Source: a virus. From it: 64,000 bases of DNA. The notes beneath the pieces were generated by a model, which was given only the letters and a program-made list of their open reading frames with translations, was not told the origin of the DNA and did no database searches. Location: the IMG/VR virus record IMGVR_UViG_3300032315_001572, positions 1 to 64,000 of that record. One strand, written 5' to 3'. The number at the start of each line of letters is the position of its first letter. Positions within the stretch are counted from its first letter, which is position 1. The position numbers were made by a program, and so were the translations under genes. Shown piece after piece: positions 1 to 10,505 of this stretch.

Positions 1-4
1 CATT

Positions 5-392
5 GGGCCCGTACTGGTTTCGATTTTAAGAAAATAAATTGAAATGCAAGTGGAGGTTGAATCGAGGACTCCTTAAAAAGTTTCAATTATATTAACTGCC
101 AAAACAGCAAAATATAAAGGTCACATCTCTGCAAGAGCTTCTCTTGTTGAATTGACCGCTTCTGTAGTTTAATTTCTACAGCGTGACTACCTTGACACAT
201 CTATTGGATAGTTGCGTAATTAGATGTTTGAGTATAATAAGTTTTTTTATTCTTTTTATATTCAATATTAAAAATAAAATCGCTGAGCATGTTTGTTGTT
301 TATCTATACAAAGCTAAAAATAAAAACAACTAAACTTGTAGTATTTTAATTTAGATTTTTAAAAGACAGAGGTTCAATTCCTCTCGGGTCCA
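5..392 (+). ncRNA. ssrA: tmRNA (transfer-messenger RNA), phage-encoded
   Basis: 5' GGGCCCG (5-11) pairs with CGGGTCC (385-391), giving the G3:U alanine identity pair, with discriminator A392. T-arm AGAGG-TTCAATT-CCTCT at 368-384. Typical 5' GTACTGGTTTCGA. Resume context ATTAACT-GCC at 91-100; tag ORF 98-172. No encoded CCA. Confidence 0.93.
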
Positions 393-407
393 ATTAATTT
401 TTATACA

Positions 408-1691
408 TCAAGTACCATCACCACCAGCTTGTTCACTACTCATATTATTTTGTGTTTCTGGACCATTAAGACCTGGCCTAGTTTCTTGGAGTGTGTCTGT
501 ACTAGATCCTGGTGATGTATCAAGACCTATATTTGTAACTGCATTTACAATTGGGGCGATTACGGTGTTTCTTATTGTATCAATTCCACCTTGGAAGACA
601 TCTTGAGTCTGTCCAGCGCCACCCGCTATTTGAATTAAAAAATTATTTATAATAGGACGAATTGCTCCAGCGGTAGCTCTACCTAAAAGCCCAGCTGGAA
701 GCCCTATCTGAACGGCATCTGGAAGATAAGGACTTACAAACGCATTGCTTCCAAATGGATTACCTAAAATATATGTAAAAGAAAAATTACCGTAACTTCT
801 AGTATCAAAATCTGCTTGATATTCAATAGAAACACCATTTGATGCAGCTCGAAAAACTGTGCTCAGAGGTACGTTATTATTCATTGAAGCTACTACGAAT
901 TCAGTAAAAGGTTCCAGTTTAGCGCTTCTAAAACCATTCCATCTTGCTTCTAGATCATCTAGAGTAACAGTAGGAATATCTCCTCCTCCAACAACAGCAT
1001 TATACCAATAACCAAAATCAGTATTTGTATTTACTATCATCAAAGAGCTTTTACAGAAATTTTCTCCATTTACGTCAAATTGAATTTTTCCATTTTCGTC
1101 ATTCCATGATCCAAAATAACCTGGACTTACAGTAGCACTAATATTTGGGGTCCAACTCACAGGTGTCTTATTTTTATAAGATGATACAGGACGTTGAAAA
1201 GTTTTAAATTTAAAAAACTCTTTAGCGCCGTTTTTATCACTAGTTCCATTTATATCAATATCTTGACCTACAGCTTTTCCTATTCTTAGTTTAACATCAC
1301 TCTGATTAACAGTAAAACTCAAACCTTGACCTATTTCGTTAGCTAACTTAGGGTCTAATGATGTCCCGCCCTCTCCACCCTTCCACAATTCAGCAAGACT
1401 ATATCCCATGGCTACTGCTGTCAATGCGTCAAATTTAGGGACATCAGAGGCATTTTTTCTTAAATATACTTTTATTCTAGAAGTATCAATTCCAGGCAAA
1501 TTGCCTTTTTTAGGAGCAGTTGCCCAAGCCTGTAACGGCTTACTATTTGGATTTGATATTGCGAGTGTTACTGACGGGGTTTTAAACTCTGAATTTAAAC
1601 CACATCCACCAGCAGAGCCCTTTATATTAACATTTCCAGCTTTAGCTAAATCTACAGTAACCGTATTTTGTGTTTCATGAACTCCGTCCAT
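408..1691 (-). CDS. hypothetical protein (427 aa), solitary gene behind a late-type promoter motif
   Basis: Long ORF; GTGTAT motif 8 nt upstream of ATG; no recognisable family motif. Confidence 0.75.
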   Translation of the reverse strand: MDGVHETQNTVTVDLAKAGNVNIKGSAGGCGLNSEFKTPSVTLAISNPNSKPLQAWATAPKKGNLPGIDTSRIKVYLRKNASDVPKFDALTAVAMGYSLAELWKGGEGGTSLDPKLANEIGQGLSFTVNQSDVKLRIGKAVGQDIDINGTSDKNGAKEFFKFKTFQRPVSSYKNKTPVSWTPNISATVSPGYFGSWNDENGKIQFDVNGENFCKSSLMIVNTNTDFGYWYNAVVGGGDIPTVTLDDLEARWNGFRSAKLEPFTEFVVASMNNNVPLSTVFRAASNGVSIEYQADFDTRSYGNFSFTYILGNPFGSNAFVSPYLPDAVQIGLPAGLLGRATAGAIRPIINNFLIQIAGGAGQTQDVFQGGIDTIRNTVIAPIVNAVTNIGLDTSPGSSTDTLQETRPGLNGPETQNNMSSEQAGGDGT

Positions 1692-1699
1692 ATTCCTAT

Positions 1700-1705
1700 A
1701 TACAC
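1700..1705 (-). promoter_or_regulatory. putative late promoter motif GTGTA(T)
   Basis: One-mismatch variant of the GTGTAA motif, 8 nt before ATG 1691. Confidence 0.55.
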
Positions 1706-1723
1706 TTTTTTCATATAAAATAC

Positions 1724-1752
1724 TGGAATATTAGCGCTCATTACTATACAAT
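1724..1752 (+). promoter_or_regulatory. sigma70-type promoter for glycan operon (leaderless)
   Basis: TGGAAT-17 nt-TACAAT-6 nt-ATG(1759). Confidence 0.6.
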
Positions 1753-1758
1753 AAATAA

Positions 1759-2724
1759 ATGAATATTCTTTGGCCAGATATACATAAAAATTTAACAAAA
1801 AATATAGCAAAAGCATTTCATAAGCTTGGGCATACTTTAATTTTACCAAATAATGAATATATTCCAACTAATTTTCCACCAAAAGAATTTAATCAATGGG
1901 CATGGAACACAACTTGGACACAAGAAAAAGCAGATATTGAGTTTCAACATAAAAACGTAAGAGTTTTAAATAAAGATCAAATATTAGATCTTAAACCAGA
2001 AGTAATTTTTATCACAAGTTTTGAAAGTCAATTTGAGATTTTAAATGAAATTTGGCCTCATTTAAAAGATAATAGTAAACTAGCTTGTTATAGTGGCAAT
2101 GATTATTGGGATGGAGCTTATCCATTTTATATTATTAAAAATTATCTTTGTGCTGATTATGTTGGATATGTTTTAGCAAATAAATATAAAGTCAATCATT
2201 TATACTATAAGCCTTGGGTTGATTATGACAGATGCACTTTTGACGGACCAACAGATGGAAACATAATTGGAATTTATATTTCTGAATACGAAAAGAATTT
2301 TAATCAAGAATATAACATGAGCAAAGCTTTACAACAAATTACTCCATATATAGATTATCATTACCACACAGAAAGCTCCCAAGAAGAATTAACTAAAAGT
2401 CTAAAGTCAAGCATTGCAACTCAACACATTAAACATCTTGAAGGATATGGTATAGCAGTAATTGAAAGCATGGCATGCGGAAGACCAGTTTTTATGCATC
2501 GTAAAATGGCTCAAAATAAAAGCTTAATGAATTGGAGCATTGAAAATGTGACAACTTTATTTTTTGAAAGCGAATATGAATATATTGCAAAATTAAAAGC
2601 ATTATATGAAAGCAAAGATTACAGATATTTTCTTCAATATACAACAGCTAGCGTTATAAGACAAATTATTGACAACGATAAAGAAACCGAAAAGCTTGGA
2701 CATTTTCTTAATAATCTAGTATAA
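1759..2724 (+). CDS. GT-B glycosyltransferase, GT4-like
   Basis: EGYGIAVIESMACGRPV matches the GT4 E-x7-E motif. Confidence 0.8.
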   Translation: MNILWPDIHKNLTKNIAKAFHKLGHTLILPNNEYIPTNFPPKEFNQWAWNTTWTQEKADIEFQHKNVRVLNKDQILDLKPEVIFITSFESQFEILNEIWPHLKDNSKLACYSGNDYWDGAYPFYIIKNYLCADYVGYVLANKYKVNHLYYKPWVDYDRCTFDGPTDGNIIGIYISEYEKNFNQEYNMSKALQQITPYIDYHYHTESSQEELTKSLKSSIATQHIKHLEGYGIAVIESMACGRPVFMHRKMAQNKSLMNWSIENVTTLFFESEYEYIAKLKALYESKDYRYFLQYTTASVIRQIIDNDKETEKLGHFLNNLV

Positions 2725-2733
2725 TTTTAAATA

Positions 2734-3570
2734 GTGAAAATTTGGCTCTGTGGGATTACCCAAAATGAAAAGCAGAATATTGATGATATGACCAAAGATA
2801 TCCATCAATACTTTGATGGATTGATTTTTGTAGATGGAGGATCAACAGATGGCACACTAGAAGTATTAAATGCAAGAAAAGGCCAAGGAAAGATTATCAA
2901 TAGAGAATGGTCAAATGACCACGATCTTCAAATGAATGGCTTTTTAAGATCAAATATAATGCAAAATGGTGATTGGTTCATTATTCGTGATAGTTGTGAA
3001 AGATTAGATATAGATTGGGCAAGAAATTTGCGTAATTTTATAGAAAACTTCTTAGAAAAAAATAATATAAATAGTTGCGTTGACAGACAAAAAGCTTTTC
3101 TTGTTAAATATTTTGATGATATGATATTTCAAGGAAGTCCTCACTGGGGTCTTCAAGGCATGAGGCCAGGATATCTTGATCTTTACGAATATTATGGAAA
3201 AAATCAAAAAATGTTTGCATGGGAAGAAAGACCAGCCCAAAGAAAGCACTATATTGATAGTGATATGAAATATTATTTTGTTTATGGTAGATCAAATCAT
3301 TGCGTACTTCATTATTATGACAATGGCAAAACTCCAGAAAGATATCAACAACAAGAAGACATTAGACAAACATTTAGAAGATATTGCCAAACCCTAGGAA
3401 TCAAGTTCAGCCTAGATTCATTGAAGCAATATTGGAAAGGCAATGTAATTGATGAAAAAACTAAATTTTTTATTAACAGCGAAAGATTAATAAGAAGATT
3501 TTATAGATTAAACATTTTGAATCATTCGTTAGATCAAATTGACTCCTCAGAAGAATGGAGGTTACAATGA
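2734..3570 (+). CDS. glycosyltransferase family 2-like
   Basis: N-terminal QNE...FVDGGSTDGT motif; DSCERL in the DxD position; GTG start. Confidence 0.8.
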   Translation: MKIWLCGITQNEKQNIDDMTKDIHQYFDGLIFVDGGSTDGTLEVLNARKGQGKIINREWSNDHDLQMNGFLRSNIMQNGDWFIIRDSCERLDIDWARNLRNFIENFLEKNNINSCVDRQKAFLVKYFDDMIFQGSPHWGLQGMRPGYLDLYEYYGKNQKMFAWEERPAQRKHYIDSDMKYYFVYGRSNHCVLHYYDNGKTPERYQQQEDIRQTFRRYCQTLGIKFSLDSLKQYWKGNVIDEKTKFFINSERLIRRFYRLNILNHSLDQIDSSEEWRLQ

Positions 3571-4466
3571 AATTGATTGATTGTTTCATGTATTTTAATG
3601 AAAAAGATATTGCATATCTTAGAATCAAGGAGCTCTATGATATTGTAGATTATTTCGTAATTAATGAAGCCACAAAAACTCACCAAGGACAAGATAAAGA
3701 ATTATCTTTTTGGAAAGATAATAGGCTACAAGAGTTTAAAGGTAAGATTATTTATTCGCCCATAGAACTAGACGGAAGATTTGATCTTTTAATGCCTAAA
3801 TTTTTTCCAGATGCAAAAATTGCAGCAAAAGAACACGAGCAAAGAATAAGACTTTTCGAACAAATCGAGCCACTTAATTTAGATAATTTAGATACAATAA
3901 TGATTTCAGATTGCGATGAAATTCCTAATAAAGATGTATTTCAACAAATGATAAGCTATCCAATCGTTGCATTAAATCAAATGTTCTTTGTTCATTATAT
4001 TGACATTTATACAAATAAGAATGTTACTGGAACAGTAGCTTGCAAATATGAAGGATTAAAACATTTAAATACTTTATGTTTTGGAATGAGTCTTCAACTT
4101 CTAAGACGAGACAAGGATTTTATGCCAAGAATAGAGAATGGTGGATGGCATTATTCTTATATGGGAGGAGCAAAATCTGTTAGCCAGAAAGTAGTTTCAA
4201 CATATGATGGCAATCTAGATTCCAAATGGAAAACGGAAGAAGCCGCTCAACAACTAATTGATGAAAGTATTAAAAATAGAAATAGTCCATTTTCTCAAGA
4301 TCCAATTAGTATTTTAGATTTTAAACACATGACAATTGCTGACCTTAAATTTACGACAGCAAAACAAGGTGGATGGCAAAAGGAATCTGCAAGATGTCAA
4401 TTACATCCTAGAATTATAGAGTCAGATTTTAATGGAGATTTTGAAAATCTGAGGTATAAAAAATGA
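3567..4466 (+). CDS. glycosyltransferase family 17-like (beta-1,4-GlcNAc transferase type)
   Basis: IDCFMYFNE, VDYFVINEA..TH.G, ISDCDEIP, GGWHYSY motifs; start moved to ATG 3567 (ATGA overlap, GGAGG upstream). Confidence 0.85.
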   Translation: MKLIDCFMYFNEKDIAYLRIKELYDIVDYFVINEATKTHQGQDKELSFWKDNRLQEFKGKIIYSPIELDGRFDLLMPKFFPDAKIAAKEHEQRIRLFEQIEPLNLDNLDTIMISDCDEIPNKDVFQQMISYPIVALNQMFFVHYIDIYTNKNVTGTVACKYEGLKHLNTLCFGMSLQLLRRDKDFMPRIENGGWHYSYMGGAKSVSQKVVSTYDGNLDSKWKTEEAAQQLIDESIKNRNSPFSQDPISILDFKHMTIADLKFTTAKQGGWQKESARCQLHPRIIESDFNGDFENLRYKK

Positions 4467-5164
4467 AAAATTCTTTTGATTTTTTTGAAAAAATTTATTG
4501 TATTAATTTGTCATATAGAACAGATAAGTGGAAAACTTGCCAAGAAGAATTTGAAAAATTAAATATAAAAAATAAAGTCGAAAGATTTGATGCAATAAAA
4601 TTTGATGGCGCTCATCCTTGTGTTAATATAAGATCTGCTGGATGCTGTGCATCTCACAGAGCCGTAATCGCAAGAGCTAAAGAAGAAAATTTAAAAAATG
4701 TATTAGTACTAGAAGATGATATTCAATTCATAAATGATATTAATAACCAACTAAACCTTTCATTAGAAGATTTAAATAAACAATCAAGATGGGATATATT
4801 TTACTTAGGAATGCATGCTGGACATCATGACATTAAGAGGCCAAATGTTCCACCACTTGAAAGAGTTGATAAAAATTTACTAAGAGTTAATACATGTCAA
4901 TGTGCTCACGCTCAAGGTTACAATAGCAACATATTCAATTTTATACTTGAAAATGTTCCAACACCAGATAAAACATTAGAATGGTTAATGAGAAATGAAT
5001 CTATAGATGGATGGATAATGAGAAATATACAGGCGCAAGGTTATTGTTTTTCGGTAAATGAAATTATAGCAACTCAAAGAGTTTCATATTCAGACAATAA
5101 TTTAGTAATGACAAGATTAGATCAACATTTTATTGATCAGTTTAATAAACATAAACCCTTATGA
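4463..5164 (+). CDS. glycosyltransferase family 25-like
   Basis: IYCINL..R.D, GC.ASH, VLVLEDD, WDIFYLG motifs. Confidence 0.85.
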   Translation: MKNSFDFFEKIYCINLSYRTDKWKTCQEEFEKLNIKNKVERFDAIKFDGAHPCVNIRSAGCCASHRAVIARAKEENLKNVLVLEDDIQFINDINNQLNLSLEDLNKQSRWDIFYLGMHAGHHDIKRPNVPPLERVDKNLLRVNTCQCAHAQGYNSNIFNFILENVPTPDKTLEWLMRNESIDGWIMRNIQAQGYCFSVNEIIATQRVSYSDNNLVMTRLDQHFIDQFNKHKPL

Positions 5165-5970
5165 TAACATTCTCTCAATTAGGAAAATATGGAGCAATTG
5201 GAAATCAACTTTTTCAATATGCAACTTTATATTCTGTAGGTAAACTAAATGGATATCAAGTTAAAATTCCAAAAACAGAAGAACATTTTGATGAAGGCAC
5301 ATTTAGAATACAGCATTATTTCTTAAATTGTTTCAATAATATATCAGCAGATATTCTCACAGAAGAAGATTTTAAGCAAATAAAATATACCGCAAATTGG
5401 TCTTATAATTTTTATAATAAAAATATATTTACGATACCAGACTTTACTAATTTAGAAGGATACTTTCAATCTTATAAATACTTTAATATTTTTGAAAATG
5501 ATTTAAAAAGACAATTAATTTTTAAAAATGATATTAAAGATTCCATCCACAAGAAATACGACATAGACTTTAGTAAATTTTCTTCTGTTCATTTAAGGTG
5601 TGGTGATTACGCCCATAGGCAACAACATCATCCAGTTATGAATAAAGAGTACTATACAAAAGCTTTTGATATAATAAACTCAGAAAATTACCTAGTATTC
5701 TCAGATACAATATCAAAAGCAAAAGAAATTTTTGGACAATTTAATAATATTAATTTTATTTATATGGAAAATAATCATGCATTTGAAGATATGTATTTAA
5801 TGTCCATATGCCAAAATAATATTCTTGCTAATAGTAGTTTCGCTTGGTGGGCTGCATGGCTTAATAAAAATGATAATAAAGTTGTAGCCCCATCAAACTG
5901 GCTTGGACCAGCTTATAATGGACAATGGAATATAAATGATCTAATACCTCAAAACTGGAGTGTCATTTAA
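5161..5970 (+). CDS. alpha-1,2-fucosyltransferase-like (GT11)
   Basis: GNQLFQYA, GYFQSYKYF, VHLRCGDY, FSD, ANSSFAWWAAWL motifs. Confidence 0.9.
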   Translation: MITFSQLGKYGAIGNQLFQYATLYSVGKLNGYQVKIPKTEEHFDEGTFRIQHYFLNCFNNISADILTEEDFKQIKYTANWSYNFYNKNIFTIPDFTNLEGYFQSYKYFNIFENDLKRQLIFKNDIKDSIHKKYDIDFSKFSSVHLRCGDYAHRQQHHPVMNKEYYTKAFDIINSENYLVFSDTISKAKEIFGQFNNINFIYMENNHAFEDMYLMSICQNNILANSSFAWWAAWLNKNDNKVVAPSNWLGPAYNGQWNINDLIPQNWSVI

Positions 5971-5971
5971 T

Positions 5972-6586
5972 ATGCTTTTATCTTTAGAAAATTTAATCAA
6001 TAAATATAATTGTAAAATCAATGGAGTTATCCATATTGGTGGACATCATGGTGAAGAACATGAATCATATAAAAAGCATAATATTCAAAATATTATTTAT
6101 TTTGAACCAATGAAGTCTTCATTTGAGATATTAAAAAACAAAGTAAAGGACGAAGCTCTAGTTGTTAATAAAGCCTTGGGAAATGATAATAAAAAAGTAG
6201 AAATGAATGTTGAGAAAAACAATCAAGGACAATCAAGCTCTATTCTAAACCCCAAAATTCACTTGCAACAATATCCTTGGATTCAATTTACAGATAAAGA
6301 AGAAGTCGAAATGATTAAATTAGATGATTTTGAATTTAATAAAAACAATTATAATTTTATAAATATAGATGTTCAAGGATATGAATTAGAAGTATTTAAG
6401 GGTGCGAAAGATACTTTTAAAAATATAAAATATATAGTGTCAGAAGTAAATAGAGCAGAAGTTTATGAAGGATGCCCTCATATAAAGGATTTATGCGATT
6501 TCTTAAAACAATTTAATTTTGAACTAGAAGAAGTTACTTGGGCTGGAGAAACTTGGGGCGATGCATTTTTTATAAAATATGAATAA
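5972..6586 (+). CDS. FkbM-family SAM-dependent methyltransferase
   Basis: IHIGGHHG, FEP, ALG, IDVQGYELEVFKG motifs; ATG 5972 preferred over GTG 5960. Confidence 0.88.
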   Translation: MLLSLENLINKYNCKINGVIHIGGHHGEEHESYKKHNIQNIIYFEPMKSSFEILKNKVKDEALVVNKALGNDNKKVEMNVEKNNQGQSSSILNPKIHLQQYPWIQFTDKEEVEMIKLDDFEFNKNNYNFINIDVQGYELEVFKGAKDTFKNIKYIVSEVNRAEVYEGCPHIKDLCDFLKQFNFELEEVTWAGETWGDAFFIKYE

Positions 6587-7394
6587 ACCATTAGTAAGAA
6601 TAAAAAACTTCTCTTTTTCTCACGCCGATTCTTCATCAGGCTGGAATAAGCCTAATCATTTTCAATGGCAAAGAGATGAACTTCCTGCTGATGAATATAC
6701 TTTTATCACAGACGAATACTTAAAAGATTATACAAATTCTAATTCAATAGCTTTTCTAGTAGAGCCTCCATCTACAAACGCTCCAGCATATGAATTTGTA
6801 TATCAAAATCGCCAAAAATTTAAACATATACTAACCTTTTGTGAAGATTTAATTAAAGTTTGTGAAAATGCATTATTTTATCCATATGGAGGCACATTTC
6901 TTAAAAAAGAAGAATTTGGTTTATATGTAAAAAATAAAAATATATCCATGTTGCTATCAAGCAAAGAATATACAGATGGTCATAAATTCAGACATCTATG
7001 TAAAAATTTTATCTTAAATAAAGGAGTAGATATTTATCAATCATCCAAGGATATTCATTTTAATAAACTTGATACTTCCAGAGATTATAGATACTCAATA
7101 ATCGTTGAAAATGGAAAATATGCATCTTATTTTTCAGAAAAAATTATTGATTGCTTTGCTACTGGAACAATACCAATATATCATGGATGCCCAACTATAG
7201 ATAAATTTTTTAATCCAGATGGTATAATTAAATTTAACTCACTAGAAGAATTAGATATTATTTTAAAATATGCAGATAATAAATTATACGAATTAAAAAT
7301 CAACGCTGTAAAAGAAAATTTTGAATTAGCTAAAAAATATTTAATAGCTGAAGATTGGATTTATAAAGCGTATCCATTTTTATTTAATATATGA
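6579..7394 (+). CDS. GT10-like (alpha-1,3-fucosyltransferase-type) glycosyltransferase
   Basis: YRYSIIVEN...YFSEKIIDCFATGTIPIYHG is the GT10 fucosyltransferase motif. Confidence 0.82.
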   Translation: MNKPLVRIKNFSFSHADSSSGWNKPNHFQWQRDELPADEYTFITDEYLKDYTNSNSIAFLVEPPSTNAPAYEFVYQNRQKFKHILTFCEDLIKVCENALFYPYGGTFLKKEEFGLYVKNKNISMLLSSKEYTDGHKFRHLCKNFILNKGVDIYQSSKDIHFNKLDTSRDYRYSIIVENGKYASYFSEKIIDCFATGTIPIYHGCPTIDKFFNPDGIIKFNSLEELDIILKYADNKLYELKINAVKENFELAKKYLIAEDWIYKAYPFLFNI

Positions 7395-8044
7395 TACCTA
7401 AAATTATTCATCTTATATGGCTTGGTGGCAAAAAACCAGATAAATTCAATATTACATTACAAAAAATCAAAGAAATAAACAATGATTACGAAATAAAAGA
7501 ATGGAACGATAATAATATTGATTTTGAATTAATTCAAAAAGATTTTTTTAATAAAACTGAGAATCTGGGATCAAAATCTGACATTCTAAGATTTGAATTA
7601 CTTAATAAATATGGTGGTATTTATATGGATTATGATTTTATTCAAATTAAAAAATTTGATGAATTGTTAAATTATGATTTTTTTATTGGTAGCGGAAGCG
7701 AAAATGAGACTTGGAATAGTATAGTGGGATCTATTTCTAATCATAAAATATGTAAAGATTTTATTGATGGTCTATCAAACACTACCCCAGTATTAAAAGA
7801 TGAAAATAAAGATGAAATTGGGATGGTAATGCATAAAACTGGTCCATACTATATACATAAAGTTTATAACGCTAATAATACATTACCTAATATTAAACAT
7901 TTAGGTAAAAATTATTTTTTTCCATTTCCAGGTGATCAAAGAGAATTAGTAAGGAATATGAGCGAACATTCTTTAGATTATATAAAATCTTTTGCTACTA
8001 AGGAAACTTTTTGCATACATTTTCATACCTGCACATGGCAATGA
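7391..8044 (+). CDS. GT32-like glycosyltransferase (DXD sugar-binding)
   Basis: MIPKIIHLIWLG, SDILRFELLNKYGGIYMDYD, TGP motifs. Confidence 0.88.
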   Translation: MIPKIIHLIWLGGKKPDKFNITLQKIKEINNDYEIKEWNDNNIDFELIQKDFFNKTENLGSKSDILRFELLNKYGGIYMDYDFIQIKKFDELLNYDFFIGSGSENETWNSIVGSISNHKICKDFIDGLSNTTPVLKDENKDEIGMVMHKTGPYYIHKVYNANNTLPNIKHLGKNYFFPFPGDQRELVRNMSEHSLDYIKSFATKETFCIHFHTCTWQ

Positions 8045-8889
8045 ATATTTTAGAAACTCCTTTCATGGTTAAAACTAATCATGAATATCCTCCAAATAAT
8101 AAAATTATATTTGAAGAATACTTTTATAATTGGTTTATAGAAAACAAACCTTTAATAAATAAAACGTATTTACCAATTTTTTGGACTAATTACTACATAT
8201 CAAAAGACTATGCACAACAAGACATATCTGAAGTAAATATATTTTTAGATAGTTTAGATAAAAACAAACAATACTTTACAATCGTTCAATGGGATGATGG
8301 TATAGTAAATCCATTTGAATATAAAAATATATATGTTTTTGGTCAAGGCGGTGGAGGAGGAAAAAGTGGTTATATTGGAGACTATCCAATCCCATTAATT
8401 TGTCAACCAAATCCAAATATAAAAATAGAAAATAAAGATATTTTTGCTAGTTTTGTGGGGGCCATATATGGAAGAAGTAGTTGCAGAGAAAGTATGTATA
8501 ATAGTCTTAAAAATAATCATAACTATTTATTCCAAAATTCCGTTAGTTATGATATATTTTCAAATGTAATGTCTAGAAGTGTTTTTTCTTTATGCCCAAG
8601 GGGATATGGAGCAACGTCTTTCAGAATATGCGAAGCATTACAACATGGATCTATTCCAGTATATATTTCTGATAAACCATGGATTCCATTTAATGATATG
8701 ATAGATTTTAATGACTATGGAGTTTTTATAAATTCAAAAGATATAGATTATATAGATGATATACTTAAAAGTATATCTAAGGAAAAAATTGAGAAAAAAA
8801 CAAATATTGGAAGAAGTATATATAATGAGTACTATACATATACAGGATGCGCAAATAAAATTAAAAATAAGTGCAATATTAATAAATGA
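8041..8889 (+). CDS. exostosin-like glycosyltransferase (GT47)
   Basis: SVFSLCPRGYGATSFRICEALQHGSIPVYISD..IPF motif; start at ATGA overlap 8041. Confidence 0.85.
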   Translation: MNILETPFMVKTNHEYPPNNKIIFEEYFYNWFIENKPLINKTYLPIFWTNYYISKDYAQQDISEVNIFLDSLDKNKQYFTIVQWDDGIVNPFEYKNIYVFGQGGGGGKSGYIGDYPIPLICQPNPNIKIENKDIFASFVGAIYGRSSCRESMYNSLKNNHNYLFQNSVSYDIFSNVMSRSVFSLCPRGYGATSFRICEALQHGSIPVYISDKPWIPFNDMIDFNDYGVFINSKDIDYIDDILKSISKEKIEKKTNIGRSIYNEYYTYTGCANKIKNKCNINK

Positions 8890-10505
8890 AAAACGCAGTA
8901 ATTCTTGCCACAGATAAAAATTATGTAAAACATGTTATATATAATATTAATAATATTAAAAGCTATAATCAAGATATAGATATAATAGTTTTATCAGATA
9001 AAATAAATTCAGAAATAATTAAAAAAGAATTAAAAGATTTTAATGTTTTATTTCATGAGGTTAATGTTTTAAAAATAAACGAAGGAGCATTCTATCTTAA
9101 ATATTATATATTTGATAAATTTTTCAAGCAATGGGAAAATATTTTATATATCGACTGTGATACAATGATTTTTTCAAACCTAGACAAGATTTTTAATCTT
9201 TTAGATGAAAATAATAAAATGTTTGTAGATCACGAAACATGCGATGTATTAAAATTTTTTACGTCAGGATGCCCTCGCAATCAAGATAATGATGGCATAT
9301 ATTTTGAATTATTAAAAGAAGATTCAATAAACGAACAAGGATTTAATTCTGGAATTATTTTATATAAATCTTGTATTATAGAAGATTCCACTATCCAAAA
9401 ACTTCATAATTTACATGAAAAATATTTTAATATAAATAAACACGTAGAATCTGGTACAGATCAACCAATTATTAATCTTCTTTTTGCCAAAATAGCCAAA
9501 CAAATGCCAAATAATAAATTTGCATATTTTGGGGATATGACGGACGAAACAATTATTACTCATTTTTGTAGATGGCATGCTCCATGGATAAATGATGGAT
9601 ATGGATCTAAAATAGGAATGAAATATGTAGATTATTACAATAATCTTTTAAACTTAAATTATACTAGAAAAACAGTATTTCATATAGAAGATCGTGGAGA
9701 GAAATGGATTTTTCATTGGATTACATATATGCTGGCAGGGTTAAGACACATAGGCAAAGATACATCTAGATTTGGTGCTGGTGGAGGTGGGTCTTTTGAG
9801 CAAAATGCAGAGTTGTATAATTCAACAATAGTAAAAGAGCCTTACTATTTATATATATCTAAAATAAAAAATTTTATAAATTACCAACAGGAATCACTAG
9901 ATCTAATAAAAGATAAATTCATTACTTTAAATAAAGAAGACATACAGGCTGCAGATATTGTAATTAATAATTATGGCGAAGAAATCTCAGATAATCCTTT
10001 TCATATTTCATCAGAAGGGTATTTATTTTTAAGAAATTTATTTTTAAGAAATATAAATAAAGATAAATTTAAAAATAAAAAATTTTATATAAGTCGATCA
10101 AGATCTCATTTATTAGAAGGAAACAAGTTAGATAACAACGCCAAAAGAAGGCAAATAATAAATGAAAAAGAATTATCCCTAGAGCTTGCTAAATTTGATA
10201 TTAATACAATTTTTCTTGAAGATTTTTCATTTAAAGAGAAAATAGAAATTTTTAATACAGCAGATACAATTATATCTCCTAACAGTGGTGGATTGACTTT
10301 TTCAATATTTTCTGATAAAAATACAAAAATCGTTGAAATAAACGCAAGAGAACCCGCTCAAATATCTCATCAATATAAAAGTCAATGTTCAGCTTTAGAT
10401 ATTCCATATTATATTTTTTATTCAGATAAATATGATTCTAATGATAATATCCACATTGATGTAAATTGTTTTTTAGATTTTTTAAAAAATAATAAAATAA
10501 TATGA
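8886..10505 (+). CDS. bifunctional glycosyltransferase: N-terminal GT8-like plus C-terminal GT61-like domain
   Basis: N-half: LATDKNY, ILYIDCD, FNSG, DQPIIN, HF..W. C-half: FYISRS, RRQIINE, SFKEKIEIF, SPNSGGL. Confidence 0.8.
   Translation: MKNAVILATDKNYVKHVIYNINNIKSYNQDIDIIVLSDKINSEIIKKELKDFNVLFHEVNVLKINEGAFYLKYYIFDKFFKQWENILYIDCDTMIFSNLDKIFNLLDENNKMFVDHETCDVLKFFTSGCPRNQDNDGIYFELLKEDSINEQGFNSGIILYKSCIIEDSTIQKLHNLHEKYFNINKHVESGTDQPIINLLFAKIAKQMPNNKFAYFGDMTDETIITHFCRWHAPWINDGYGSKIGMKYVDYYNNLLNLNYTRKTVFHIEDRGEKWIFHWITYMLAGLRHIGKDTSRFGAGGGGSFEQNAELYNSTIVKEPYYLYISKIKNFINYQQESLDLIKDKFITLNKEDIQAADIVINNYGEEISDNPFHISSEGYLFLRNLFLRNINKDKFKNKKFYISRSRSHLLEGNKLDNNAKRRQIINEKELSLELAKFDINTIFLEDFSFKEKIEIFNTADTIISPNSGGLTFSIFSDKNTKIVEINAREPAQISHQYKSQCSALDIPYYIFYSDKYDSNDNIHIDVNCFLDFLKNNKII

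Noticed and set aside
360-392. Stand-alone tRNA gene
   Set aside because: The T-arm and acceptor half pair with positions 5-11 and enclose a tag ORF, so it is a tmRNA
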